Source: Lachnospiraceae bacterium (GTDB lineage: Bacteria > Bacillota > Clostridia > Lachnospirales > Lachnospiraceae). From it: 64,000 nt of DNA. The position numbers were made by a program, and so were the translations under genes. The stretch is taken from positions 12,078 through 76,077 of the forward strand of contig JBJFFP010000082.1 in assembly GCA_051891855.1 (NCBI GenBank), in the 5' to 3' direction. Below the pieces are notes generated by a model. The model made no database searches, was not told where the DNA came from, and was given only the letters and a program-made list of their open reading frames with translations. Of the stretch, positions 1-7,771 are shown one piece after another (position 1 is the first letter of the stretch; the number at the start of each line of letters is the position of its first letter).

Positions 1-1
1 C

Positions 2-772
2 CAAACAATTGATGATGATTTGCAAAAAAGATGGGATTTACTCAATAAGCTGGGAAAAGACAATGAGACTGCACTACGGGAAATCAGAGAAATCATAAGA
101 CAGCAGGATGAGCTGAAAGAGGAATACGGGATTAGCGATGACAGCAAGGAGCAGCAGGATTTAGAGCTGATTCGCCGATATAACAGGATGTTAAGCAATG
201 AGATGCGTGGTAAGCTCAGTGGAGGAGACAGCCTGACAAAGGAAGAGCTGGATTATGTGATGAAGCTTAAGGCAGAGGGGCTTACGGATTATCAGACAAA
301 GCAGCTGCAGCTGGATGAAGCAAAAAGTATTTATCAATCCACTGTGGATGAGAATAATCAGACTATTATTGAGGAAAATGCAGTTATCCGAGGGATAAGA
401 CTGGAGCGGTTAAAAAGTGATCCTATGGTGGCAGCTCAGTATGAGGCTAAGGCTATCAGGGAGGCAGCTGCCGATGAAATTGTAGGTATGGTGGTGGAAC
501 AGGCCAAAGAATACCTTGATGAGAAAAAAGAAGAGGCTGACAAAAAGGGTGAGAAGCTCAAAGAAAAGCAGGAACAGCTTGAAGAATTTATTGAGGCACA
601 GAAGGAGAAACGGAAGGAAGCCGATGAAGTTTTTGAAGATATGCCTGTAGAGGAAATGCTTGATCTTGCTCAGGTAAAAAACGATATTAAGCAGGAGGTA
701 GAAAAAATTGTAGATAAAATGGCCCTGGTGGCAGAGGACATCAAGGGAGCTATGGTGGATCAGAAGCTGTAG
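2..772 (+). CDS. C-terminal part of a coiled-coil, Glu/Lys/Gln-rich protein of unknown function (frame open to the left window edge)
   Basis: ORF 20..772 begins at a TTG and the frame stays open back to nt 2 (QTIDDD...). Charged heptad-like sequence with no enzymatic motif recognised. Confidence 0.55.
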   Translation, partial: QTIDDDLQKRWDLLNKLGKDNETALREIREIIRQQDELKEEYGISDDSKEQQDLELIRRYNRMLSNEMRGKLSGGDSLTKEELDYVMKLKAEGLTDYQTKQLQLDEAKSIYQSTVDENNQTIIEENAVIRGIRLERLKSDPMVAAQYEAKAIREAAADEIVGMVVEQAKEYLDEKKEEADKKGEKLKEKQEQLEEFIEAQKEKRKEADEVFEDMPVEEMLDLAQVKNDIKQEVEKIVDKMALVAEDIKGAMVDQKL

Positions 773-871
773 GGATTTTAAGAGAAACATTGTGGAGCAG
801 GGTAAAATCGAACAGGTCTATTTTATCCCAAATATGAATATACAGGAAAGCTGCTGAAAGTAGCACAAATA

Positions 872-909
872 GCCGGAGAAGGATAGCAATGGGATACTCC
901 TTCTTCGGC
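872..909. terminator. Intergenic hairpin between convergent genes, possible bidirectional terminator
   Basis: GCCGGAGAAGGA (872-883) pairs with TCCTTCTTCGGC (898-909): 12 bp with one G-U and a 14-nt loop. Only a weak U tract follows on either strand. Confidence 0.35.
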
Positions 910-1036
910 TACTTTCCATGGAAAGATGGAACGGTAGGATAAAGACATTGGAAAGTTCAATAGATTTTACTGAAAAAAGGAAGTTTAGAAAGGCGATACA
1001 AGCAGTAAACGACACCTAGACAGATGATGGCACAAA

Positions 1037-1795
1037 TCAAGGACGATATGGAAGACCGCAGGCTGTGATCAAATCCTTTAACCTCTTCTTTTTTCTTATG
1101 GACACAGGACAGAATTCACCGTTGTTCATATGGACGATCAGTTGCTTAAAATCCACACTGGAAATATTATCTCTATTAATGATATAGGATGTATGGCATC
1201 TGTAGAAACGATGATCCAGCTGCTGCTCGATGTTTTTTAATTGTCCTGTAAATTCAATGACCCGTTTTTTCGCGTGAAGGATAATCTTATGGATATTCCC
1301 GGATGTTTCAAAAAATATAATGTCGTTATATTCGATGACAATATGCTTATAGTTCTGTATTATTGTAAAAGTTTTAACAATGCCATTATTTAATGAAGTG
1401 TATTTATTGTTTACGTCCAAAAGACATTCACGAATTTTTGACTTTATGTGTTCAGCAGTATCTTTTACGATGAAATCAAGAGCTTCTGCTTTATATTGGA
1501 AGGTAAGGAAGCTCATTTCGGAATGAGAGGTGATAAAAACAATAAAACAGCGAGGCTGAATCTTCCGTATCCTTTGAGCAAGAGTAAGCCCGTTTATATC
1601 AGACTTTAAATCAATATCAAGAAAGAAAAGTCCTGTATTTTGGGTATTCAGAATCTCCTTGAGAATGTTATGGGGATCTGAGGTGGCCTGAACGATCCGC
1701 ATATCAAATCCTTCCATAAGAATGAAATTATTTATACATTTCTGAAAAATTTCCAGATGCTTTTTATTGTCTTCGCAGATAAATATGTCAATCAT
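1037..1795 (-). CDS. agrA: LytTR-family response regulator, AgrA-like
   Basis: 252 aa. N-terminal receiver domain (IFICEDN...FLDIDL) and C-terminal LytTR domain (FFETSGN...FYRCHTSYIIN). Sits in an agr-like cluster. Confidence 0.85.
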   Translation of the reverse strand: MIDIFICEDNKKHLEIFQKCINNFILMEGFDMRIVQATSDPHNILKEILNTQNTGLFFLDIDLKSDINGLTLAQRIRKIQPRCFIVFITSHSEMSFLTFQYKAEALDFIVKDTAEHIKSKIRECLLDVNNKYTSLNNGIVKTFTIIQNYKHIVIEYNDIIFFETSGNIHKIILHAKKRVIEFTGQLKNIEQQLDHRFYRCHTSYIINRDNISSVDFKQLIVHMNNGEFCPVSIRKKKRLKDLITACGLPYRP

Positions 1796-1863
1796 GCGAT
1801 TTCCCTTCCTTCTTTTGAATATGATACTTATTATACAATATATTGTGCGATTACTGAAGAAAA

Positions 1864-1919
1864 AGAATAAGCGTCATCCATAGCAGAATAAATGAATTTA
1901 AAGCAACACTTATTCTGCT
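1864..1919. promoter_or_regulatory. Candidate LytTR operator in the agrA/agrB divergent promoter region
   Basis: AGAATAA occurs at 1864-1870 and 1885-1891 (21 bp start to start, the classic AgrA/LytTR spacing). A third inverted copy TTATTCT lies at 1910-1916. AGCAGAATAA (1882-1891) and TTATTCTGCT (1910-1919) form a 10-bp inverted repeat. The context is AT-rich, so a chance match is possible. Confidence 0.3.
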
Positions 1920-1993
1920 AAAATCAACGGTTATTACAAAAATACAGTGAAGCTATTCCATGTATGATAGGATAGGAATAGGAGATTTCGGGT

Positions 1994-2566
1994 ATGGAAA
2001 CAATAGCGTATAAAATTGTAAAATATCTAGGCGATGACCAAGATTATTGGAATGATATTGAGCGAATGCATATGATGTTAGGTATCCAAATATTACTTCA
2101 TAATGCTATTATGCTTGGAACGATTCTTTTCGTGGCAAAAATCATTGGTATACTGATAGAGGCATCTATCCTTTTACTAGCATATGGGATAGTTAAAACG
2201 TCTGCAGGTGGGATACATTTTAAAAAGAGTTCATCTTGTCTTATCGGTACTGGGACATTTGTGGGAGTAGGCGTTTGGATCTCCCGACAATTAAACATAA
2301 TATTATGCCACATTATTATTATATATATAATTTGCCTTATTATTCTGATTATAGTTGGACCGCAAGGAACTGAAAATAATCCTATTTCAGAAAAGCATTA
2401 TAAGAAATTAAAAAAAAGAACTATCTTCTGGATTTTATCATATATGTTCACGACAGTTATAGCGGACATTATGATAAGACGAATTCCGTATTTGTTATTT
2501 ATTGCGGTAGTATTTGAAACGTTATCGCTTTTTCCTCCATATATAAAGAAGAGGGGAATGGATTAG
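1994..2566 (+). CDS. agrB: AgrB-family membrane peptidase that processes autoinducing-peptide precursors
   Basis: 190-aa polytopic membrane protein. GGIHFKKSSSC shows the His-x6-Cys spacing of the AgrB catalytic pair (H77/C84 in S. aureus AgrB). Confidence 0.85.
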   Translation: METIAYKIVKYLGDDQDYWNDIERMHMMLGIQILLHNAIMLGTILFVAKIIGILIEASILLLAYGIVKTSAGGIHFKKSSSCLIGTGTFVGVGVWISRQLNIILCHIIIIYIICLIILIIVGPQGTENNPISEKHYKKLKKRTIFWILSYMFTTVIADIMIRRIPYLLFIAVVFETLSLFPPYIKKRGMD

Positions 2567-2569
2567 CTT

Positions 2570-3958
2570 TTATAGATGAGGCTTTGTAAGCTGAAGACGC
2601 TGTATAAATGTTTGCCCCTGAATTTCAGTGTCTAAAAATATGTGGTTATATCTGGAAATAATCTTATGGGCATTATAAAGACCTATTCCACGATTTTCCC
2701 CTTTTGTAGAAACATCTGGTTTTGATAATGCAGTATATGGAATTTCTTTTTCCAAAAAAGTATTGGAAATAACAAAGAGATATTCTGTATCCAAATCAAT
2801 CAGTGCAAAACAAATGGTTGGACAAGCCGTTTCCAATGTGGCTTCAATCGCATTATCCAAGAAGATTCCGATGATGCGGCATAAATCCAATGTATCCATT
2901 GGAAGGGAGATTATTTCATCTGTGACCTCTATGCTGACATGGATATTCAGTTCCATTGCATACAGCAACTTGGATGACAGAATACCTTTTAATTCGGTAA
3001 TTCCGATATTCATTAGCTGGTTTACATGAACAGTGTCTTTTGTCATTTTTCTGCTTAGAGGGAGAATTTCTGTGTCAAAATAGTTTCTTAGGCCATCTAT
3101 ATCGTTCGATTCGATATATCCGGACATGGAAAGCATAATATTTGAATAGTCATGCTTAAAGGAACGCAGAGAGGTATACATGGTTTCAATTTGGTTGGTA
3201 TATTCCTGCATCTTGTTATAAGAATCCTGTTTCATTTCAAGATACATTTTTTCGAGGCGGATTTTGACGATATTTATGATTAAAACTGTACTGACGATAA
3301 AGTAGCAGGCGAATAAAACACAGTTAAACAGTACTATTTTGCGGCTATATCCAATGGATTCTCCTATGAAAATATTGAATAAAAAAATAAACAGGCAAGT
3401 GGTCAGATTTGCAGTGATTAGCAACAGAAGCTGTCGGGAATGACCGGAATTTATTCTTTGAATGATCGGATGGAGAGATCGGCTGATTAATAGGCATATG
3501 CAGGTTAAAAATGCAGTATAGGAAATAATATAAACGATATAATATGCCACATGAGATTGTAAATCAGCAATGGGATAGATGAATATATCCCATAATAAAG
3601 CGTATAGATTATCCAATAGAACACAGAAGAGGTAAGTGAGAATAAAGATACAGATATTTAACAGCCGGTTTGAATCAAGTAAGTAAATATAAGCACAAAC
3701 GCTCAATATAAGAACTATAACACCGATATTTCCAAGAACGAAGCCCATAAGAAGCATATTAACCAGTAGGATGAGAGAGAGGACTGCTTTTTGCCCGGTT
3801 TTCATCTTGAAGGGAAGAAAGCAGCAAATGGGAATCAAGTATGGAAAAATATTAAAAAAATAGGAGAGTATTTGCAACGACTTCATTTCATTAAAACCCT
3901 TCAGAATACAATATAAACAATCTAGCTTCATTATATTACTCGAACTACACGAAATCAA
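2570..3958 (-). CDS. agrC: AgrC-like (HPK10) membrane sensor histidine kinase
   Basis: 462 aa with about 6-7 N-terminal TM helices. H-box SFKHDYSN and ATPase boxes DNAIEA and GENRGIGL. The first codon of the track ORF is TTG; ATG alternatives lie at 3931 and 3886, so the start is uncertain. Confidence 0.8.
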   Translation of the reverse strand: MISCSSSNIMKLDCLYCILKGFNEMKSLQILSYFFNIFPYLIPICCFLPFKMKTGQKAVLSLILLVNMLLMGFVLGNIGVIVLILSVCAYIYLLDSNRLLNICIFILTYLFCVLLDNLYALLWDIFIYPIADLQSHVAYYIVYIISYTAFLTCICLLISRSLHPIIQRINSGHSRQLLLLITANLTTCLFIFLFNIFIGESIGYSRKIVLFNCVLFACYFIVSTVLIINIVKIRLEKMYLEMKQDSYNKMQEYTNQIETMYTSLRSFKHDYSNIMLSMSGYIESNDIDGLRNYFDTEILPLSRKMTKDTVHVNQLMNIGITELKGILSSKLLYAMELNIHVSIEVTDEIISLPMDTLDLCRIIGIFLDNAIEATLETACPTICFALIDLDTEYLFVISNTFLEKEIPYTALSKPDVSTKGENRGIGLYNAHKIISRYNHIFLDTEIQGQTFIQRLQLTKPHL

Positions 3959-4108
3959 CGATTACTACCGAATAAACGTTGAAACATTTTATTTATAACA
4001 CACTTTTTCGGTCATAGATGCGTTTTATTATCAATATTAAGGTTTTGTAGAAGAATAGGTTATGATAAGGGTATCAAAAATATCAACAAAAACGAGGAGG
4101 GGACAAAA

Positions 4109-4288
4109 ATGAATAGAAATGTAAAATGGAACATTGGAAACTTTGTAATTAATCTAGGGAAGCATTCAATCGGGAAATGTATGGTTCTAGGTATGTTCGA
4201 CCCAGAGATTCCTAAGGAAATAAGAGAAAATAATGCGGATCGTGAATATAAAAAAGAGAAGTTAAATAAGAAAGTGTTGCGGAAATAA
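4109..4288 (+). CDS. agrD: AgrD-like autoinducing-peptide precursor (59 aa, below the ORF-track cutoff)
   Basis: SD GAGGAGG lies 8 nt before the ATG. Translation: MNRNVKWNIGNFVINLGKHSIGKCMVLGMFDPEIPKEIRENNADREYKKEKLNKKVLRK. It has an amphipathic leader, a single Cys24 and a hydrophobic CMVLGMF core. The following D-P-E-I-P-K-E tail resembles the conserved AgrD tail (E-V-P-K-E-L in S. aureus). Confidence 0.7.
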   Translation: MNRNVKWNIGNFVINLGKHSIGKCMVLGMFDPEIPKEIRENNADREYKKEKLNKKVLRK

Positions 4289-4391
4289 GCTTTAGGTATG
4301 TATATACTAATAAATTGTAATTAGGCATTTTATGTGCAGATAGCCTTCTGATAGGTGATATCTTATTCGTCAGTTAGAAGGAGGAAACGAT

Positions 4392-4673
4392 ATGAAGAAA
4401 AAAGCTTTGGGTATTATTATGGCATTAGTATTGGTGATAGGAAGTTCGATTCCAGCATTGGCAGCAACTGTTTATTATAAAGGAGATGCCGTTTATTGGA
4501 ATTATGGGAGGAAACTCGCTGTAATTAGTTTTTCCGAAGTGCAGACAACTATTTATGAACATTCGGCAACTGCAAATGCAACGTCTTCAGGATGGAAAAA
4601 TCCAGGAGTGGTTGCATATGCGGAACAGTTTGTGGGAACAGGAACGGCAGTAGCATATTGGAATTGCAGATAG
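4392..4673 (+). CDS. Secreted lactococcin-972-family bacteriocin precursor
   Basis: 93 aa with a Sec signal (MKKKALGIIMALVLVIGSSIPALA|ATV). The mature 69-aa peptide is Trp/Tyr/Gly-rich, with an HSATA...GW...A...AYWN pattern like Lcn972. Strong SD GAAGGAGG. It is followed by the two gene types typical of Lcn972 loci. Confidence 0.7.
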   Translation: MKKKALGIIMALVLVIGSSIPALAATVYYKGDAVYWNYGRKLAVISFSEVQTTIYEHSATANATSSGWKNPGVVAYAEQFVGTGTAVAYWNCR

Positions 4674-4689
4674 TAGGAAAGGAAAAAAC

Positions 4690-6906
4690 GTGAAAAAGAT
4701 ATCGTTTGTTGGAAGGATATGGCACATAGTCAATATATTGATTGTGATGCAGGGCATATTACTTGCCCTGCCCACAATATTTTTTCTTAATAGGCGGTAT
4801 ATGGCGGCCTGGAAAAACTATTTAAATGAAAACAGCAGTATAGTGATCTATTTACGAGACACGTCTAGGGAGAGTAAGCAGGATATAGAAAAATATATTT
4901 ATGAAAAGTCGGCAGAAGAGGATTTATTGATTGCAAGAAGAGATTCTTTGCTGAAAAATGACGGAAGCTTTTTAGGATATAAATTTGGTATCTTCGGAGA
5001 AACTTCATATGTGGATACGCGAATGACGTTTATGGGAATAGATGTTGTAAGTTCCGTACAGATAGACCAGCTGCTTACTTCATCGAACAGGGAAAGTACT
5101 CTGGGAGTGGATGATGGTAGCATAAATATGCTTACGGATATTTCCCGATTTCGTTTTGGGGAAAAGATTGTAATAAAGAAATTATCGCAGATAATCGCAG
5201 AAAGTGATACTGTAAATGGAATATACATAGTGAACGGGCAGCCGGAGGCTTCGGATAAATTTTTAAGCGGATTAGAAGAGATCACAGGAATATCAAAGGA
5301 TAAATTACTGACACCAATGAGCGGTGAAGTACAGGATGACAGTTTTGCCAGAGATATTTTGCTTGCATTTTTAGCAGCTCAAATCATTCTGAATACAGTT
5401 GCATTGCTTGTGCTTACTATGCAAAATCTTGACAAGCAAGGAAAACTGGCATTGTTAGGCTGGTCAAAAGGTGCATTCATATGGGGGATTTTTGAAAAGA
5501 ATTTTTTCTTTACCCTTGGGTGTATTCCCGCGTTGGTAATTGCAGGATATTTTCTTTCAGGATGGAATCGGATATCTGTAACGATATTCAGTTTTTTTAT
5601 GCTGTCAGCCTTGATTAACGTGTTACTCATAGTGCTGGAAATAATGACAGCTTCAATCGTAATCGTTCTGACAAGGCCGATTGATGCCATAAGGGGGAGG
5701 ATACCTAAACAGCCCCTTTATATTCTGGGAATTGTCGGCTATCTTCTGCTTAGTGCATGTCTGGTTTTTGGAGGGAGCTATGTAGATCAGCCGATTCAGT
5801 ATATATCAGAAAATATGAAGCTAAAAAAACAGTGGGAAAGTGTAGAGAGGTATGAAATTCTTAATACAATTTCCGTAGGAGAAGATTCAGATTCTTTTGC
5901 CGGGCGTTCAAATCAGCTAAATCAGGATATTTATAACTGGTATTCAGACATTGCGGATAAAGACGGTGTATACCTTGTCAACACGACGTATTATGATGAT
6001 GAAGTTTTAGCATTATGGAAACAGAGTCATTTTTACCAATCCGTCCCAGATGAACCATTCTGGTATTATGCAGTATCACCGAATTATCTGGAACAGCTGG
6101 GAATCCATGTGGAGGAGAACATACTTTCCAAAGCAAAAAATGGAACCAGGATATACCTTTTCCCCGAGAATATGACGAAGAAAAGTCGTGAAGAAATGAA
6201 AGGCTGGATTGAAGAGAATACTACGAAAAATCTCAGTAGTGCTGATATTCAGACAGAGTTTACAAAGCATCCTGAATTTGATTATGTGGATTACCAGGCA
6301 GAAACAGAGCTTTTTACATGGTCAGCGATGTCGAAGTATTCTTCAACAGTCAAAGATCCGGTTATATATATAGCAACACCCGAGAATATGAGATATTTTG
6401 AGACAGAGAGTCTGAGAGCAAACGGCTTTAACGGATATATAAAATTTTCGGATAGAGAAACTAAAGAACTCTACACAGCTGAATCTGAATTTGCCCGATA
6501 TAATTTATCTGATAATAAAATTGTATTTTCAGAGGTAAAAAGCTATATTGATGGGTTACAAAAAGAGTTGTGGGTAACCATGTCATGGTTTGGGATTGTA
6601 TTTTTGATTCTACTCTTTATTTTACTTGGACTGCTACTTATCCTGGCAACGATTTTTCGGGTCGCAAATCAGGAAAAAATAAATGTAAAAAAGTTTTTGG
6701 GATTCAATTTCTGGCAGCTTTACCGGGGACCGATTCTGTTCCTTGTAAGTGTGACCGTTCTTGAGCTTATTACAATGCTGATCCTGCACTCTAAATTCGG
6801 ATTTCTTTTAATGCTGCTGATTTTCCTGCTACAGGCAGCGATTTTTACAAAATATATGTCACGAAATGAACTTAGAAGAGTGTTATCAGCTTTTAAAGGG
6901 GAGTAA
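4690..6906 (+). CDS. Bacteriocin-associated integral membrane protein (DUF1430 / FtsX-like permease of Lcn972 loci)
   Basis: 738 aa with a GTG start. N-terminal TM helix, large extracytoplasmic segments, and TM clusters mid-protein and at the C-terminus. Its position between the Lcn972-like gene and an ABC ATPase matches the known operon layout. Confidence 0.7.
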   Translation: MKKISFVGRIWHIVNILIVMQGILLALPTIFFLNRRYMAAWKNYLNENSSIVIYLRDTSRESKQDIEKYIYEKSAEEDLLIARRDSLLKNDGSFLGYKFGIFGETSYVDTRMTFMGIDVVSSVQIDQLLTSSNRESTLGVDDGSINMLTDISRFRFGEKIVIKKLSQIIAESDTVNGIYIVNGQPEASDKFLSGLEEITGISKDKLLTPMSGEVQDDSFARDILLAFLAAQIILNTVALLVLTMQNLDKQGKLALLGWSKGAFIWGIFEKNFFFTLGCIPALVIAGYFLSGWNRISVTIFSFFMLSALINVLLIVLEIMTASIVIVLTRPIDAIRGRIPKQPLYILGIVGYLLLSACLVFGGSYVDQPIQYISENMKLKKQWESVERYEILNTISVGEDSDSFAGRSNQLNQDIYNWYSDIADKDGVYLVNTTYYDDEVLALWKQSHFYQSVPDEPFWYYAVSPNYLEQLGIHVEENILSKAKNGTRIYLFPENMTKKSREEMKGWIEENTTKNLSSADIQTEFTKHPEFDYVDYQAETELFTWSAMSKYSSTVKDPVIYIATPENMRYFETESLRANGFNGYIKFSDRETKELYTAESEFARYNLSDNKIVFSEVKSYIDGLQKELWVTMSWFGIVFLILLFILLGLLLILATIFRVANQEKINVKKFLGFNFWQLYRGPILFLVSVTVLELITMLILHSKFGFLLMLLIFLLQAAIFTKYMSRNELRRVLSAFKGE

Positions 6907-6913
6907 TGGTATT

Positions 6914-7576
6914 ATGATAAAAGCGGTAGAAGTAAAAAATATATCCAAAAAATTTGGCTCGCGTATAATCTTTGAAAATATCAGTTTTTCTATTCTTCAA
7001 GGAGAATTTGTTGCCTTGGTCGGACCATCAGGATGTGGAAAATCTACATTATTAAATATGATTGGTGCCCTTGAAACTTATGATAAAGGGAAAATAATGA
7101 TTTACGGAAAACGTATGCCTAAAATTGAAAGCAGGGAAGCCGCATATTTGCGGAGAAATACGATTAATTATCTATTCCAGTCATCTGCACTGATAGCAGA
7201 GATGACTGTTTCACAGAATCTCTATCTGGCAATGAATTTTGTGGATTGCTCCAGAAGGGAAAAGCTTGGGCAAATTGAAGAAGTGCTGCAAAAAGTAAAC
7301 CTTTTGCCTTTAAAAGATGCAAAAGTAAATACATTATCAGGAGGAGAGCAGCAGAGAGTAGCACTGGCACGAACACTGGTAAAGCCGGGAGATTTGGTTC
7401 TGGCGGACGAACCTACGGGAGCCCTTGATTCTGTGTCAGCAGACAATTCTTTTGAGCTTCTGAGAAATCTGTCCGGAAAGTATAACAAAACGGTGATTAT
7501 GGTGACCCACAGTACTATAATGGCAGAGCGGGCGGAAAGAATCATTGACATGGAAGAATTAAAGGGTAAAAGATAA
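6914..7576 (+). CDS. ABC transporter ATP-binding protein (bacteriocin immunity/export partner)
   Basis: Walker [10 protein letters not shown], signature LSGGEQQRVALAR, Walker B LVLADEPT. The ATG at 6914 (MIKAVEVKNISKKFG) is preferred over the overlapping 6866 start. Confidence 0.9.
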   Translation: MIKAVEVKNISKKFGSRIIFENISFSILQGEFVALVGPSGCGKSTLLNMIGALETYDKGKIMIYGKRMPKIESREAAYLRRNTINYLFQSSALIAEMTVSQNLYLAMNFVDCSRREKLGQIEEVLQKVNLLPLKDAKVNTLSGGEQQRVALARTLVKPGDLVLADEPTGALDSVSADNSFELLRNLSGKYNKTVIMVTHSTIMAERAERIIDMEELKGKR

Positions 7577-7615
7577 TTACAAAGTTCCCAGCGTTCATTG
7601 TAATTTGAACAGTAG

Positions 7616-7648
7616 AAAAACCGGAAAATGGATTTCCGGTTTTTCTTT
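7616..7648 (+). terminator. Rho-independent terminator of the bacteriocin operon
   Basis: AAAAACCGGAAA (7616-7627) pairs with TTTCCGGTTTTT (7633-7644) and a T-rich tail follows. Confidence 0.85.
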
Positions 7649-7680
7649 ACAAATAAGATAAGATTAATCCCGGATTCCCC

Positions 7681-7709
7681 TTTACAAAGCAGAACATATG
7701 TACTAGAAT
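7681..7709 (+). promoter_or_regulatory. Sigma-A type promoter of the radical-SAM operon
   Basis: TTTACA (7681-7686), 17-bp spacer, TAGAAT (7704-7709). The spacer is occupied by LexA box 1. Confidence 0.6.
7691..7704. promoter_or_regulatory. LexA/DinR (Cheo) box 1
   Basis: AGAACATATGTACT compared with the Gram-positive consensus CGAACATATGTTCG. GAAC-N4-GTAC is one mismatch from GAAC-N4-GTTC. Confidence 0.65.
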
Positions 7710-7715
7710 GAAATA

Positions 7716-7729
7716 AGAACAAATGTTCT
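7716..7729. promoter_or_regulatory. LexA/DinR (Cheo) box 2
   Basis: AGAACAAATGTTCT is a perfect GAAC-N4-GTTC and a perfect 14-bp palindrome. It lies just downstream of the -10 element. Confidence 0.75.
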
Positions 7730-7771
7730 TCGACTGAAGAGGAATACTTAGAGGAGCGGGGAATCAGGGAT

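Noticed and set aside
818-1015. 65-aa minus-strand ORF in the intergenic region left of agrA
   Set aside because: It has no SD and no homology features, and it contains the strong hairpin at 872-909. It is likely non-coding.
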